Below, one piece after another: positions 18,610-29,450 of a stretch of 64,000 bases of DNA (position 1 is its first letter; every line of letters starts with the position of its first letter). Made by a program: the position numbers and the translations under genes. Below the pieces are notes generated by a model that ran no database searches, had not been told where the DNA came from, and was given only the letters and a program-made list of their open reading frames with translations. Source of the stretch: an uncultured Maribacter sp. (lineage in GTDB: Bacteria > Bacteroidota > Bacteroidia > Flavobacteriales > Flavobacteriaceae); the NCBI RefSeq assembly GCF_947496775.1, contig NZ_CANMDU010000004.1:218426-282425 (forward strand), given 5' to 3'.

Positions 18610-21600
18610 TTAAAACCTTAAAACTCCAACCTCAAGTTCATCTTCTTCTTTATCGAGTCTTACTACTGCTATTTTACGTTCTTCGCTTGGCCTAGCGTAA
18701 TTGGTAAACATCGTCACCTTTAAAACGGTTGGACCAGATATTTTCTGAACAGCATCTGCATAATAGTCTACTAAAATTTTGTATTCTCCCTTAATTGCGT
18801 CTTTTAGCATAAATTCTTCAGGTCCATAACCTTCCATCATATCTTCTGACATATGACCCCCAATTTTGGTTTCTGGGTTTTTATAGTACGCCTTTTCATC
18901 TCTTGGGTCTTCTACCCATAAATCAATATCAGTATCGTTATGATTCCAATCGATAACGATTCTTACATCCATCGACAGGTCTTTAAAATTCTCCTTTTCG
19001 GCTTTATTAAGTTTAAGCTCTTTCCCATATTTATTGACAAGTCTGGTAAGTTCAATAAAGGCAATTTGTTCTATTCCATAGAAACGTTCTTCTTCATCCT
19101 TTTCTAATAAATCCCCTTTATACAATTTGTATAGTAAATCATAACTCCTTTGTATTTCACCAGACTGCTCATACGCCAAAGCCAAATCTCTATATGACTG
19201 CGGCTCCTCTGGTCTTAATTCCAATACTTTCTCATAAACAATAGTTGCCAATTGGTATTCTTCAAAATATTCCAACTTATACGCTAAAGCTTTCATGATT
19301 TCGTGATTGTTCAATTCTACTTCCATTAGGTTGGTAAGAATTGTAATGGCGATATCATATTTTTCTTTTTTCTCAAAAAAGTCAGATACGTCAAGATAAA
19401 ATGAAGGGCTATTGGAATAATCATCTCTTATATCCAGATACTTTTTATAAGCTAATTCAACGGTTGCCTCTTTTTCTAGAATCTTAATATAGGGTGTCTC
19501 TGGATTCCATGATTTTAGTTCTATTTTATCAGTTATTTCTTGATTCAATTCCTCTATCGCTTCTTGATTAGATTCCAAGCCTTCCTTTGTGGTTATAATT
19601 ATAACTCCATTAGAAGCTCTAGCACCATAAATTGCTGCAGCACTTAGTGCTTTTAAAACTTGTATCTCTTGGATATCATCTGGTTTTAAGTTCAGCATCG
19701 GGTTATTTGTTGCTATTTTCCCGTCCACAATATAAAGTGGATTGCTATTATTAGACATAGAACTCAATCCCCTTACTACAACAGTTGTATTTGAACCTGG
19801 TTCCCCGGAATTTTGAGTGATTTGAACCCCTGCGGCCTTGCCTTGTAAGGCTTGAGAAACAACCGAGGTCACTGAACCGGTCATATTTTGTACTCTTTGA
19901 ACACCATTCCCTACAACAACCACCTCATCTAAATGTCCGGCATCTTCTTCCAATGAAATTGAAATGCTATCCGCATCTCCGATAAAAGCATTTGTCGTCG
20001 TAAATCCGATATAAGAGAAAACAAGCTCATCACCTTCTTCGGCATTTATGTTAAAATTACCATCAAAGTCAGTTGTTGTTCCTGTCGTTGTTCCTTTTAC
20101 TAACACATTCGCTGCTGGTAATGGTTCTCCTTCAATATCCAACACTGTACCAGAAATTATTCTTCTAGTCGAATCAATATTAATACTTATTCTTGTAGAT
20201 GGCGGATGGCTCGTAAGACTGTCAGTTGCTATGGTAGCGTCTACATTAGCAGTATTATTTTGTGGAACAGAAGTATCTTCATTATTTGCTATTTCCTTTT
20301 TGGGTTGTTTTACTTTCTTCTTTGGATACTTGGTAGCGTACCATTCCGAAATAGCTGCGTAATCATCAAACAAATCTTCTTTTCTGTCATTTAAGTCTTC
20401 AAGGTTATCAACTTCGGCTGACTCTAAATTTTTAATCCGTTCCTTATATTCAGCTTTCAATTCCTGAGGTGGCTCAATACGATAACGCACATAATCTTCA
20501 ATTCTATCTAAAATCAACATTGAGGTATAATCTGTTATCAAATGATGGCTTTTAGCAAGTGAAATTATTTTTTCTTTGTTCTCCCCTTTATTAGTATTTA
20601 AGTACTTAAGTTTTTGTTTGGCCCATAATCTTTTGACTAACTCTGTACCTTGAGATTTTTTAATTGGAACCTTGATTCGCTCAGTAACTTTTCCACCATA
20701 GCCAAATAACAGTTCTACGGAAGTTTCTTCTGAAAATCTCCCTGAAACGGAAAAATCTTTGGAAACGTATGTTTTATTCTTTGGATATACTTCCCGAACA
20801 GTATTGTTATGTTTAACTCCTAAAAATTGAAATGTTTCTTGTTTTAAAGTATTTATGGCTTCTGTTTCAGGTAACCGAACTAGATTGATATAAGTGCCGC
20901 CAGATGAAGTAGCAATTTCTCTTAGCAATTCATGATTTGCAGAAGTAGTTGAGTTGATTGTATAAATAGCTTGCTTATTCGGAATAGAGAAATCTCCAAG
21001 ATTTGCTAACCCATCCGTGAACAGAAGTGTCTCGCCCGACTTCTTGAGTAGTGATTTAAACAAATTCATAGATGTTCCCCCATCATAAACAGCTTCTTTC
21101 AGTACTTTTTTCAGTCCTTCCCAATTCCCATTCTGAACCTTGAAAACAATGTTTTTGTGTATAGAATTACTAAAGGTAATATAATGCACTTCAACGTCTC
21201 TGAGGTATTCGAAATATTCTCCTAAAATCGATAGCTCTTTACTTAAATTTCTATTTCTTAATGAATAAGACGTATCCCACAGCAAGTTGATTTTTTTAGG
21301 TTTTTGTTTTAGTCTAGTGTTCGGTTTGAGTGTCTGATTTACATAAAAATAATCCCTGTAGCTTAATATTGTCTCTGTATTGTTTGTATTTAGTAGTTCT
21401 ACAAGTACAGGGGAGGTTGGAGCATGATTTTGCCGTTCTAAATTTGCAGTAAAAACATCATTCTTCTTTTTAAAGAAGAAGTTTTTGTAGCTACTACTTT
21501 TTATTTTAGGCAGCATCTCTCCATTAAAAACTTGCATTTGTATTGAAAAATTATCTAAATCTGTCTTTATACCCAATGGCAGTTCATAGGTTTTATGCTG

Positions 21601-22056
21601 GTTCGATGTTGACAGTTCTTGCTCAAAAGTCAAAACAACATGTTTATGCTTTCTTGGTAATATGGGATATACTCTTGCCTTATAATTGTTTCCCTCCGTT
21701 TTTTCCAATAGGCCCGGGTCAATGTTCTGCCTTACAGTGCTTTCAAAAGCAACACGAGCTAATTCCTTTTCTACAATGACTGCTTCACGAAGTTTGCCGT
21801 TAACATCCATAGCAAATTGAGAAACTGATTGACCTTCTCCTAAAGGAAACACTAATTCTCCTTCCAAGGTTCTATCTAGTTCGTTGTAGAACTTCATATC
21901 GTAGGTAGTAGTGGCAAAATTACCAACGATACTTACATCTATTTTTAGACTAGTAAGTTTTAATTTACTAGAATCTTTTAGTACTATTTCCAGAGACTCT
22001 TGGGCAAAAAGCTGGGAGCATACGGACAAAAAAATGAGTGAAATTAGCTTTTTCAT
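18610..22056 (-). CDS. Large secreted VIT-domain + von Willebrand factor A protein with CarboxypepD_reg-like beta-sandwich, TPR region and conserved C-terminal domain
   Basis: A 1148-aa product with a signal peptide, an N-terminal VIT-like region and vWA MIDAS motifs (DTSYS, DGGTS, TDGLAN). Mid-protein GTVLD...ANVLVKGTTTGTTTDFDGNF is CarbopepD_reg-like. The C-terminal DWNHND...ILVDYY block is reminiscent of DUF2135/YfaP-type domains, from memory and uncertain. Confidence 0.6.
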   Translation of the reverse strand: MKKLISLIFLSVCSQLFAQESLEIVLKDSSKLKLTSLKIDVSIVGNFATTTYDMKFYNELDRTLEGELVFPLGEGQSVSQFAMDVNGKLREAVIVEKELARVAFESTVRQNIDPGLLEKTEGNNYKARVYPILPRKHKHVVLTFEQELSTSNQHKTYELPLGIKTDLDNFSIQMQVFNGEMLPKIKSSSYKNFFFKKKNDVFTANLERQNHAPTSPVLVELLNTNNTETILSYRDYFYVNQTLKPNTRLKQKPKKINLLWDTSYSLRNRNLSKELSILGEYFEYLRDVEVHYITFSNSIHKNIVFKVQNGNWEGLKKVLKEAVYDGGTSMNLFKSLLKKSGETLLFTDGLANLGDFSIPNKQAIYTINSTTSANHELLREIATSSGGTYINLVRLPETEAINTLKQETFQFLGVKHNNTVREVYPKNKTYVSKDFSVSGRFSEETSVELLFGYGGKVTERIKVPIKKSQGTELVKRLWAKQKLKYLNTNKGENKEKIISLAKSHHLITDYTSMLILDRIEDYVRYRIEPPQELKAEYKERIKNLESAEVDNLEDLNDRKEDLFDDYAAISEWYATKYPKKKVKQPKKEIANNEDTSVPQNNTANVDATIATDSLTSHPPSTRISINIDSTRRIISGTVLDIEGEPLPAANVLVKGTTTGTTTDFDGNFNINAEEGDELVFSYIGFTTTNAFIGDADSISISLEEDAGHLDEVVVVGNGVQRVQNMTGSVTSVVSQALQGKAAGVQITQNSGEPGSNTTVVVRGLSSMSNNSNPLYIVDGKIATNNPMLNLKPDDIQEIQVLKALSAAAIYGARASNGVIIITTKEGLESNQEAIEELNQEITDKIELKSWNPETPYIKILEKEATVELAYKKYLDIRDDYSNSPSFYLDVSDFFEKKEKYDIAITILTNLMEVELNNHEIMKALAYKLEYFEEYQLATIVYEKVLELRPEEPQSYRDLALAYEQSGEIQRSYDLLYKLYKGDLLEKDEEERFYGIEQIAFIELTRLVNKYGKELKLNKAEKENFKDLSMDVRIVIDWNHNDTDIDLWVEDPRDEKAYYKNPETKIGGHMSEDMMEGYGPEEFMLKDAIKGEYKILVDYYADAVQKISGPTVLKVTMFTNYARPSEERKIAVVRLDKEEDELEVGVLRF

Positions 22057-22156
22057 GGTTGGTCTGTTTTATTGTTTAATGTAAAACTCGCTCTAAATTA
22101 TCTTTTATAAAACAGGCATTGAGGGAAAGAGTACTTTGGCTTAGGGAAGTGTAAAG

Positions 22157-23173
22157 CTAACTTTTGCTATACAGACTTATAGCTTTTTCCAATTTCTTAG
22201 CAATTCGCTTGCGAAGTCTTTCAGGTTGAATTACTTCAATAGCATCACCAAAACCCAAAATCAAACGTTCCAATTCAAAGTTGATTTTCACTTTGATATT
22301 TACTTCAACACTTCCATCTTCATTTTCTTTTTCAATAATCTGTGAATGATGTAAAGGTTTAGTGACGACATAAGGAGCATTGTATTTGTCAATCCATAAT
22401 TTAATATTAGAAGCCCGTTCCCCTTGGTTAACGGTCACACCTACTATGTCTTTATAAAAGCTGTCTGCATCAAATTCATAGTTGGAATATGGAGTTGTGA
22501 AATCATAGTCAATGGAAATGATTCGGTCAAGGGCCAGATTTACTATGCCCATGTTCTTATTTCCCATCCCAATCAGAAACCATCTGTTGTTAAATTCCTT
22601 CAATAAACAGGGGTGAAAAGTAATTACATTAGCCGTAGCAGCTTTAAAAGATTTATACTCTAATTTCAAAACCACCTTTTTCTGAATAGCTTGATAGAGT
22701 TCGTCAAGCCAATGGAGTCCTTTGAGATTCTCGTTTTTATCTAAATGAATAATGGAGGATTGATGCGTCTTCTCCGTATATACTTTATCTTCTAACCGTT
22801 GAATAATTCCACCCAGTTCTGAAAACAAAGAAAAATCTTTAAACTGCTTTAGCATTTCCACCGTTTCGGAAAGCACATTCATGTCGTTCTCGGTTATCGG
22901 GATATCTGTAATGGAATAATCCTCATCTTCGTATTTGTAATACTTTCTATCATAAGCAACAATTGGAGCATTGTAACCTAGTTTATCACCGCGCATCAAC
23001 TGAATATCGAGTTGCACGGTACGTTTACTTACGTTCACTTCCCTACCCTCGTATTCGTGTAGGGCATCTGAACAGGCCTCTATCAAATCATTCAGAGTCC
23101 ATTGCCGATAGTTATTTTGAAGGCATTTGTCAATAGTTTTGTATCGGATTAGAGCGTTTTTGTTTAGGGCCAT
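22157..23173 (-). CDS. HTH + WYL-domain transcriptional regulator (WCX-like C-terminus)
   Basis: A 338-aa product with an N-terminal DeoR-like HTH (KRTVQLDIQLMR). A central WYL-type domain carries the WFL signature (NRWFLIGM). The architecture matches WYL regulators associated with defence and repair loci. Confidence 0.75.
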   Translation of the reverse strand: MALNKNALIRYKTIDKCLQNNYRQWTLNDLIEACSDALHEYEGREVNVSKRTVQLDIQLMRGDKLGYNAPIVAYDRKYYKYEDEDYSITDIPITENDMNVLSETVEMLKQFKDFSLFSELGGIIQRLEDKVYTEKTHQSSIIHLDKNENLKGLHWLDELYQAIQKKVVLKLEYKSFKAATANVITFHPCLLKEFNNRWFLIGMGNKNMGIVNLALDRIISIDYDFTTPYSNYEFDADSFYKDIVGVTVNQGERASNIKLWIDKYNAPYVVTKPLHHSQIIEKENEDGSVEVNIKVKINFELERLILGFGDAIEVIQPERLRKRIAKKLEKAISLYSKS

Positions 23174-23290
23174 TTAGGAGTATTTTTAATGAAAATACTA
23201 AATCAACCTATACTACGCAAAATAATTGCGCACATGAATCGCAAGTTTGTACCGGAATCATAAAGAAGCCGGTTCACCGACTTCATGTAG

Positions 23291-23320
23291 CGCTCTGCCG
23301 AACGCTTGGAATCGGCAGAG
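23291..23320. promoter_or_regulatory. Perfect 10-bp GC-rich inverted repeat (GCTCTGCCGA-N10-TCGGCAGAGC) in the WYL/rtcB1 divergent intergenic region
   Basis: Read directly from the sequence. It is GC-rich in an AT-rich intergenic region with no T-run, so it is a candidate operator or UTR structure. Confidence 0.4.
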
Positions 23321-23398
23321 CTAATTAAAAGGAATTATGAAATGAGCCAAAACGGATTGGCTAATATTATCCGATTTCCAAAGGCGAATTGCATCTGA

Positions 23399-24811
<1,413 letters not shown>

Positions 24812-24836
24812 AAATTAATTTAGACAAAATAATACT

Positions 24837-26219
24837 ATGGAAAATTCACAAAATACAAGGCATACAATCTTTGAAGAAGAAGCTTTCCAAAGATTATTAA
24901 AAGAAATAGAACAGAATAATGGAACAGCTATGTTGATAGGTGGAGCCGTTATTGATAACATCAATGGATTAGAAGTAAAAGATATAGATATTGAAGTTTA
25001 TGGTCTTTCCTATGTACAACTTGTTGAGTTGATAGAAGGTTTAGATATGAATTGTAATCTGGTAGGTAAATCTTTTGGAGTTATAAAAACAGTCATTGCT
25101 AATTTCGAAATCGATATGTCAATCCCTAGAAGAGAAAATAAAGTAGGGATAGGTCACAAAGGATTTACCGTTGAATTAGATGCGAAAATGACGCCAAAAG
25201 AAGCAGGTAAAAGAAGAGACCTCACTATTAATAGCATGTATCTAAACTTACATACTGGAGAATTGGTGGATCCATATAATGGGTTGGCAGATTTAGAAAA
25301 AGGAATACTTAGAGCCACGAATGAACATACTTTTATAGAAGACCCTTTACGAGTTTTACGTATTATGCAGCTTTTACCTAGAAAAGGTAAATTAGTAGCA
25401 AAAGAAACGCTAGAGATTTGTAAAAAAATGGTTGAATTTTTTTCTGAATTACAAGCGGAACGCATTTTTGTAGAGTGGGAAAAGTTATTACTAAAAGCTG
25501 AAAGACCTTCTATTGGATTAGAGTTCTTAAAAGCTTCGGGTTGGTTAAAACATTTTCCTGAATTACAAAATTTAGTAGGATGTCCACAAAATCCTATTTG
25601 GCATCCTGAAGGAGATGTTTGGGTGCATACTTGTATGGTTATAGACAATGCGGCTAAACTAAGAGATTTGGTGCCTGAGGATTGGCGGTTAACTTATATG
25701 TTTGGTGCATTGCTACATGACATTGGAAAACCATCAACCACCACACCAGAACTAACGGCTAATGGGCATGATGTTGCAGGAATTCCTTTAGCTGAAACAT
25801 TTATGAAAAGAATTACTAATAATAAGTCACTTATAGAAAGAGTGAGTACAATTGTTGGGTTACACATGAGAGCAGGGCAATTATTTAATTCTAAGGCCAA
25901 AGAGTCTGCTTGGAAACGTCTGCATAATAAATGTAGGTTAGATATTTTAGGATGGCAAAGCAAAGCTGATTCAGCGGGAAGAACTGGTAGAAATGTTATG
26001 TTAGATAAGCATGGAGCATCTGAAAAGTGTTTTGAGCTATTTAAAGAATTTGGTAAAAAAGAGATTCAACGTGTTATTCTGGGTAGAGATTTAATTGCTT
26101 TAGGTCTAAAACCATCCGAAAAATTCGGAGTGATTTTAGACGATTGTTATAAAAAACAACTTGATGGTGCTAGTCGAGAAGAAATTCTACTTAACCTAAA
26201 AAATGCTTCTTTAAAATAA
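24837..26219 (+). CDS. CCA-adding enzyme-like class II nucleotidyltransferase with C-terminal HD phosphohydrolase domain
   Basis: The head-domain motif is GGAVIDNINGLEVKDIDIEV, with RRDLTINSMY and an HD motif (LLHDIGKP). It lies 25 bp downstream of rtcB1, suggesting an operon. Confidence 0.75.
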   Translation: MENSQNTRHTIFEEEAFQRLLKEIEQNNGTAMLIGGAVIDNINGLEVKDIDIEVYGLSYVQLVELIEGLDMNCNLVGKSFGVIKTVIANFEIDMSIPRRENKVGIGHKGFTVELDAKMTPKEAGKRRDLTINSMYLNLHTGELVDPYNGLADLEKGILRATNEHTFIEDPLRVLRIMQLLPRKGKLVAKETLEICKKMVEFFSELQAERIFVEWEKLLLKAERPSIGLEFLKASGWLKHFPELQNLVGCPQNPIWHPEGDVWVHTCMVIDNAAKLRDLVPEDWRLTYMFGALLHDIGKPSTTTPELTANGHDVAGIPLAETFMKRITNNKSLIERVSTIVGLHMRAGQLFNSKAKESAWKRLHNKCRLDILGWQSKADSAGRTGRNVMLDKHGASEKCFELFKEFGKKEIQRVILGRDLIALGLKPSEKFGVILDDCYKKQLDGASREEILLNLKNASLK

Positions 26220-26317
26220 TTTTTGCACCTTTGCAGTAGTTCATTGAAATAGTTCTTTTGAAATCTTTTGGGAGATATGTAAGCCAAGAGTTGGTTTGCA
26301 TAACTTTTAAAATTTAA

Positions 26318-26608
26318 ATGATGAATTGGAAAATTCAAAAATTGCAAGATGGTGAGACTATCATTTCAAAAGAACCTGGTAATTCTATGTTACCTATACT
26401 AAAATCTAAACAACCTGTTAGGCTTGCGCCAATAAGTTGGGAAAATTGTAAGGTAGGTGATATTGTATTCTGTAAAGTACGTGGAAATGTATTTACGCAC
26501 CTTGTAAAAGGAAAAAGTGACAAACGCGGTTTACTCATTGGTAATAATAGCGGTAGAATTAACGGATGGACCAAAAATGTGTATGGTAAAGTAATAGAAA
26601 TATTATAG
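26318..26608 (+). CDS. Standalone S24 (LexA/UmuD-like) serine peptidase domain protein
   Basis: A 96-aa product with GNSMLP (G-x-SM catalytic Ser motif) and a downstream GDIVF...NVFTHLVKGK (Lys dyad region). The pattern parallels the LexA C-terminal domain. Confidence 0.5.
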   Translation: MMNWKIQKLQDGETIISKEPGNSMLPILKSKQPVRLAPISWENCKVGDIVFCKVRGNVFTHLVKGKSDKRGLLIGNNSGRINGWTKNVYGKVIEIL

Positions 26609-26758
26609 GCATCATACCACATTTTATTCTTTAAATTTTAAAAGTAAATCATAAAAACAAAGTACATGCTAAATCATTTTAATCACATACCGGACGCTAA
26701 AAAGCTAAAATTGCATCGAATTGATGGGTAGATACTATTGAAAACAGATACATAACTA

Positions 26759-26787
26759 GAGCGTCCAAGATATTGGGCGCTTTTTTT
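26759..26787 (+). terminator. Intrinsic terminator AGCGTCCAA-GATAT-TTGGGCGCT-T7 (element A)
   Basis: A 9-bp stem with one G.U pair precedes a T7 run. An upstream GGACGCT (26692-26698) can alternatively pair with the 5' stem arm. Confidence 0.7.
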
Positions 26788-27139
26788 ATGTAAATTTTTT
26801 AGAGAATTCTCAAAATTCTAAAAGAATGCCATTTGAAAGCTAAGCATTTGAAAAACAGCAAATTGATGAATAATGCTGCTATCTGTTAACTAACGGACAG
26901 GCTATCTTATGTCTAAATTTAACCGCAAACAATTGATTGTCAGTAATTTATATTTAATTTTATTTGTGTAATTCAAATATCCGTTTTAGATTTGCACCAG
27001 AATTAAACAATAACATTTTTAACTGAAGTATATATGACAATTTCAATCACATATCAAAAAACACTACAAGCACCAGGTGCAATTGTAGTGTCGCTTCAGG
27101 ACTTCATACACGCATAGCGCTACTCGCAATATGATAGAA

Positions 27140-27171
27140 AGTCCGAAGCTCCAAAGTTTCGGACTTTTTTT
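27140..27171 (+). terminator. Intrinsic terminator AGTCCGAA-N10-TTCGGACT-T7 about 100 bp upstream of rtcB2
   Basis: A perfect 8-bp stem is followed by T7. Confidence 0.75.
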
Positions 27172-27228
27172 ATGCCCTTCTTTTTCGAGGCACAACTTTC
27201 CGAATTAACATATCAAATCTAGTATGGT

Positions 27229-27242
27229 TTCCATAAATGGAA
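27229..27242. promoter_or_regulatory. Palindrome TTCCATAAATGGAA 29 bp upstream of rtcB2 start (candidate operator)
   Basis: A perfect 6-2-6 inverted repeat read from the sequence. Confidence 0.3.
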
Positions 27243-27270
27243 CAGCCATCCTATTCCTAAAATTAAAATC

Positions 27271-28662
27271 ATGGGAAAGAAATTAAGCGGAAAAGACCTA
27301 ATTAAATTGGGATTTCCAAAGAACAATAGTATCAACATTACATTAGGTCAAATCAATCGGTATCACAAACGAGTAAAGAAAGAACAGATACTGAGAGAAG
27401 CCAAAAAAGTATTGTTACATCCTGAAAACTATAAAGGTGATGGGGTTTGGGGTAAGATTGCTGAAAGTTTGGTAGATCCTGTAATAGTGAAAAAGCATGC
27501 ACTCAAAGCGGTACGCGCACCATTTCATATTTATGGTGAAAATGAAATTGAAGAACAAGCCAAGTATCAATTGTATGATGCCTTAAAACTTCCAGTTTCT
27601 GTTGCCGGCGCATTGATGCCAGATGCACATTCTGGTTATGGTTTACCCATTGGTGGTGTTTTGGCAACGAAGAATTCGGTGATTCCTTATGGAGTAGGCG
27701 TTGATATCGGTTGTAGAATGTGTTTGACTATTTATCCTATTCCAGTCTCTTATCTGAAAGGAAAGAAACATCAATTGTCGAACATCCTTTCTGAGCATAC
27801 CAAATTCGGAATGCGAGAAACGCATCAAATAAAACATGACCATGAAATCTTTGAAAGAGATGAATTTAACGACATCCCTTTGGTAAAAAGATTGAAAGAC
27901 AAAGCCTATAAGCAATTAGGAACCTCAGGTGGAGGAAATCATTTTGTCGAGTTCGGAAGTGTTTCTATAATGGATGCAAAAAACGAATGGGGATTAAAAT
28001 CTGGAGAATATCTAGGCATATTATCTCACAGCGGTTCACGAGGGTTGGGTGCAAATATTGCAAAGCACTATACCTATTTGGCAACTAAGCAATGTCCGTT
28101 ACCAAAGCAAGTACAACACTTGGCTTGGTTAGATTTAAATACGCACGACGGGCAAGAATATTGGTTAGCTATGAATTTAGCTGGCGATTATGCAACCGCA
28201 TGTCATGATAATATTCACAAGCGTCTGGCCAAATTAATTGGAGAAAAAGCGGTGGCAAAAATTGACAATCATCACAATTTCGCTTGGAAAGAAGAGGTAA
28301 ACGGCGAAGAATGCATTGTGCACAGAAAAGGAGCTACACCAGCAGGGAAAGGAGTATTGGGGATTATACCTGGCTCAATGACCGCTCCTGGTTACATCGT
28401 AAAAGGTTTGGGTAACAAGGAGAGTTTACACTCTGCTTCCCACGGTGCAGGACGTCTTTTTTCAAGACGAAAGTGTAAAGAAACGTTTACTCGCAGCGAG
28501 ATTAAAAAGCAATTAGACGCAAATGAGGTAAGCCTTATAGGTGGAGGAATTGATGAAGCACCAATGGCCTACAAAAACATTGAAAAGGTCATGGCAAATC
28601 AACAAGAATTGGTTGAAGTACTCGGAACCTTTACACCCAAAATAGTGCGAATGGATAAATAA
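27271..28662 (+). CDS. rtcB: RtcB-family RNA ligase (paralog 2, PrfH-associated 'RtcB2' type)
   Basis: RtcB motifs are present: MPDAHSGYG, DIGCRMC, GGGNHF, HSGSRG, HHNFAW and SHGAGR. It lies immediately upstream of a prfH-like gene. Confidence 0.85.
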   Translation: MGKKLSGKDLIKLGFPKNNSINITLGQINRYHKRVKKEQILREAKKVLLHPENYKGDGVWGKIAESLVDPVIVKKHALKAVRAPFHIYGENEIEEQAKYQLYDALKLPVSVAGALMPDAHSGYGLPIGGVLATKNSVIPYGVGVDIGCRMCLTIYPIPVSYLKGKKHQLSNILSEHTKFGMRETHQIKHDHEIFERDEFNDIPLVKRLKDKAYKQLGTSGGGNHFVEFGSVSIMDAKNEWGLKSGEYLGILSHSGSRGLGANIAKHYTYLATKQCPLPKQVQHLAWLDLNTHDGQEYWLAMNLAGDYATACHDNIHKRLAKLIGEKAVAKIDNHHNFAWKEEVNGEECIVHRKGATPAGKGVLGIIPGSMTAPGYIVKGLGNKESLHSASHGAGRLFSRRKCKETFTRSEIKKQLDANEVSLIGGGIDEAPMAYKNIEKVMANQQELVEVLGTFTPKIVRMDK

Positions 28663-28757
28663 CAGATAGTAGTTAGCGACGGTATTCATAAAGCATATTG
28701 AAAACCTAAGATTATTGGAATACTAATGCTGGCTACTTTTTTTTAAAGAAAGAAAAA

Positions 28758-29450
28758 ATGGAAAAAATAATACAAATAACAGCAGGAAGAGGCCCAGCAG
28801 AATGTAGCTGGGTTGTTTCCCAAGTGCTTAGGAAATTCTTGCAAGAAGCCAAGACTGAAGGGTTTCAGTATGTCATCTTGCAAAGAGAAAAAGGCAATCA
28901 AAATGGAACGATACAATCAGTCAGCATCCGCTTGAAAGGGGCAACCCTAGAAGTTTTTTTAGCTACTTGGTTAGGAACAATTCAATGGATTGGCAACTCA
29001 ACTTTTCGAAAATACCACAAACGTAAAAACTGGTTTATCGGAGCTTTCGAATTGAAATTGCCACAGCATTCTGAAATATGTGACAGAGATATCTCTTTTC
29101 AAACGATGAGAAGTGCAGGTCCTGGTGGTCAGAATGTAAATAAGGTAAACTCAGCCGTACGGGCAATTCATACCCCCACAGGAGTACAAGTAGTTGCCAT
29201 GGATAGTCGTTCGCAACATCAAAACAAAAAACTTGCGATAGCCCGATTAAAAGAAAAAGCAAACGAGGCTAACATAGAAAAGCTTAAAGAAAGGATGACG
29301 GACCAATGGGAAAATCATCTGAATATAGAACGCGGAAATCCGGTCCGGATTTTTAAAGGAACCGATTTCAAACACCAAAAAGAAAATAAAAGCTTTAAAC
29401 CAAAACGGCAAAAGCTAAAAAACGATTTAAAACAACAAAAATGGGACTAA
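28758..29450 (+). CDS. prfH: PrfH-like peptide chain release factor homologue (GGQ peptidyl-tRNA hydrolase domain, lacks RF domain 1)
   Basis: A 230-aa product with a GPAECS N-terminal signature like PrfH GPEEC. The GGQ motif sits in RSAGPGGQNVNKV. Pairing with rtcB is the hallmark of rtcB2-prfH modules. Confidence 0.8.
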   Translation: MEKIIQITAGRGPAECSWVVSQVLRKFLQEAKTEGFQYVILQREKGNQNGTIQSVSIRLKGATLEVFLATWLGTIQWIGNSTFRKYHKRKNWFIGAFELKLPQHSEICDRDISFQTMRSAGPGGQNVNKVNSAVRAIHTPTGVQVVAMDSRSQHQNKKLAIARLKEKANEANIEKLKERMTDQWENHLNIERGNPVRIFKGTDFKHQKENKSFKPKRQKLKNDLKQQKWD

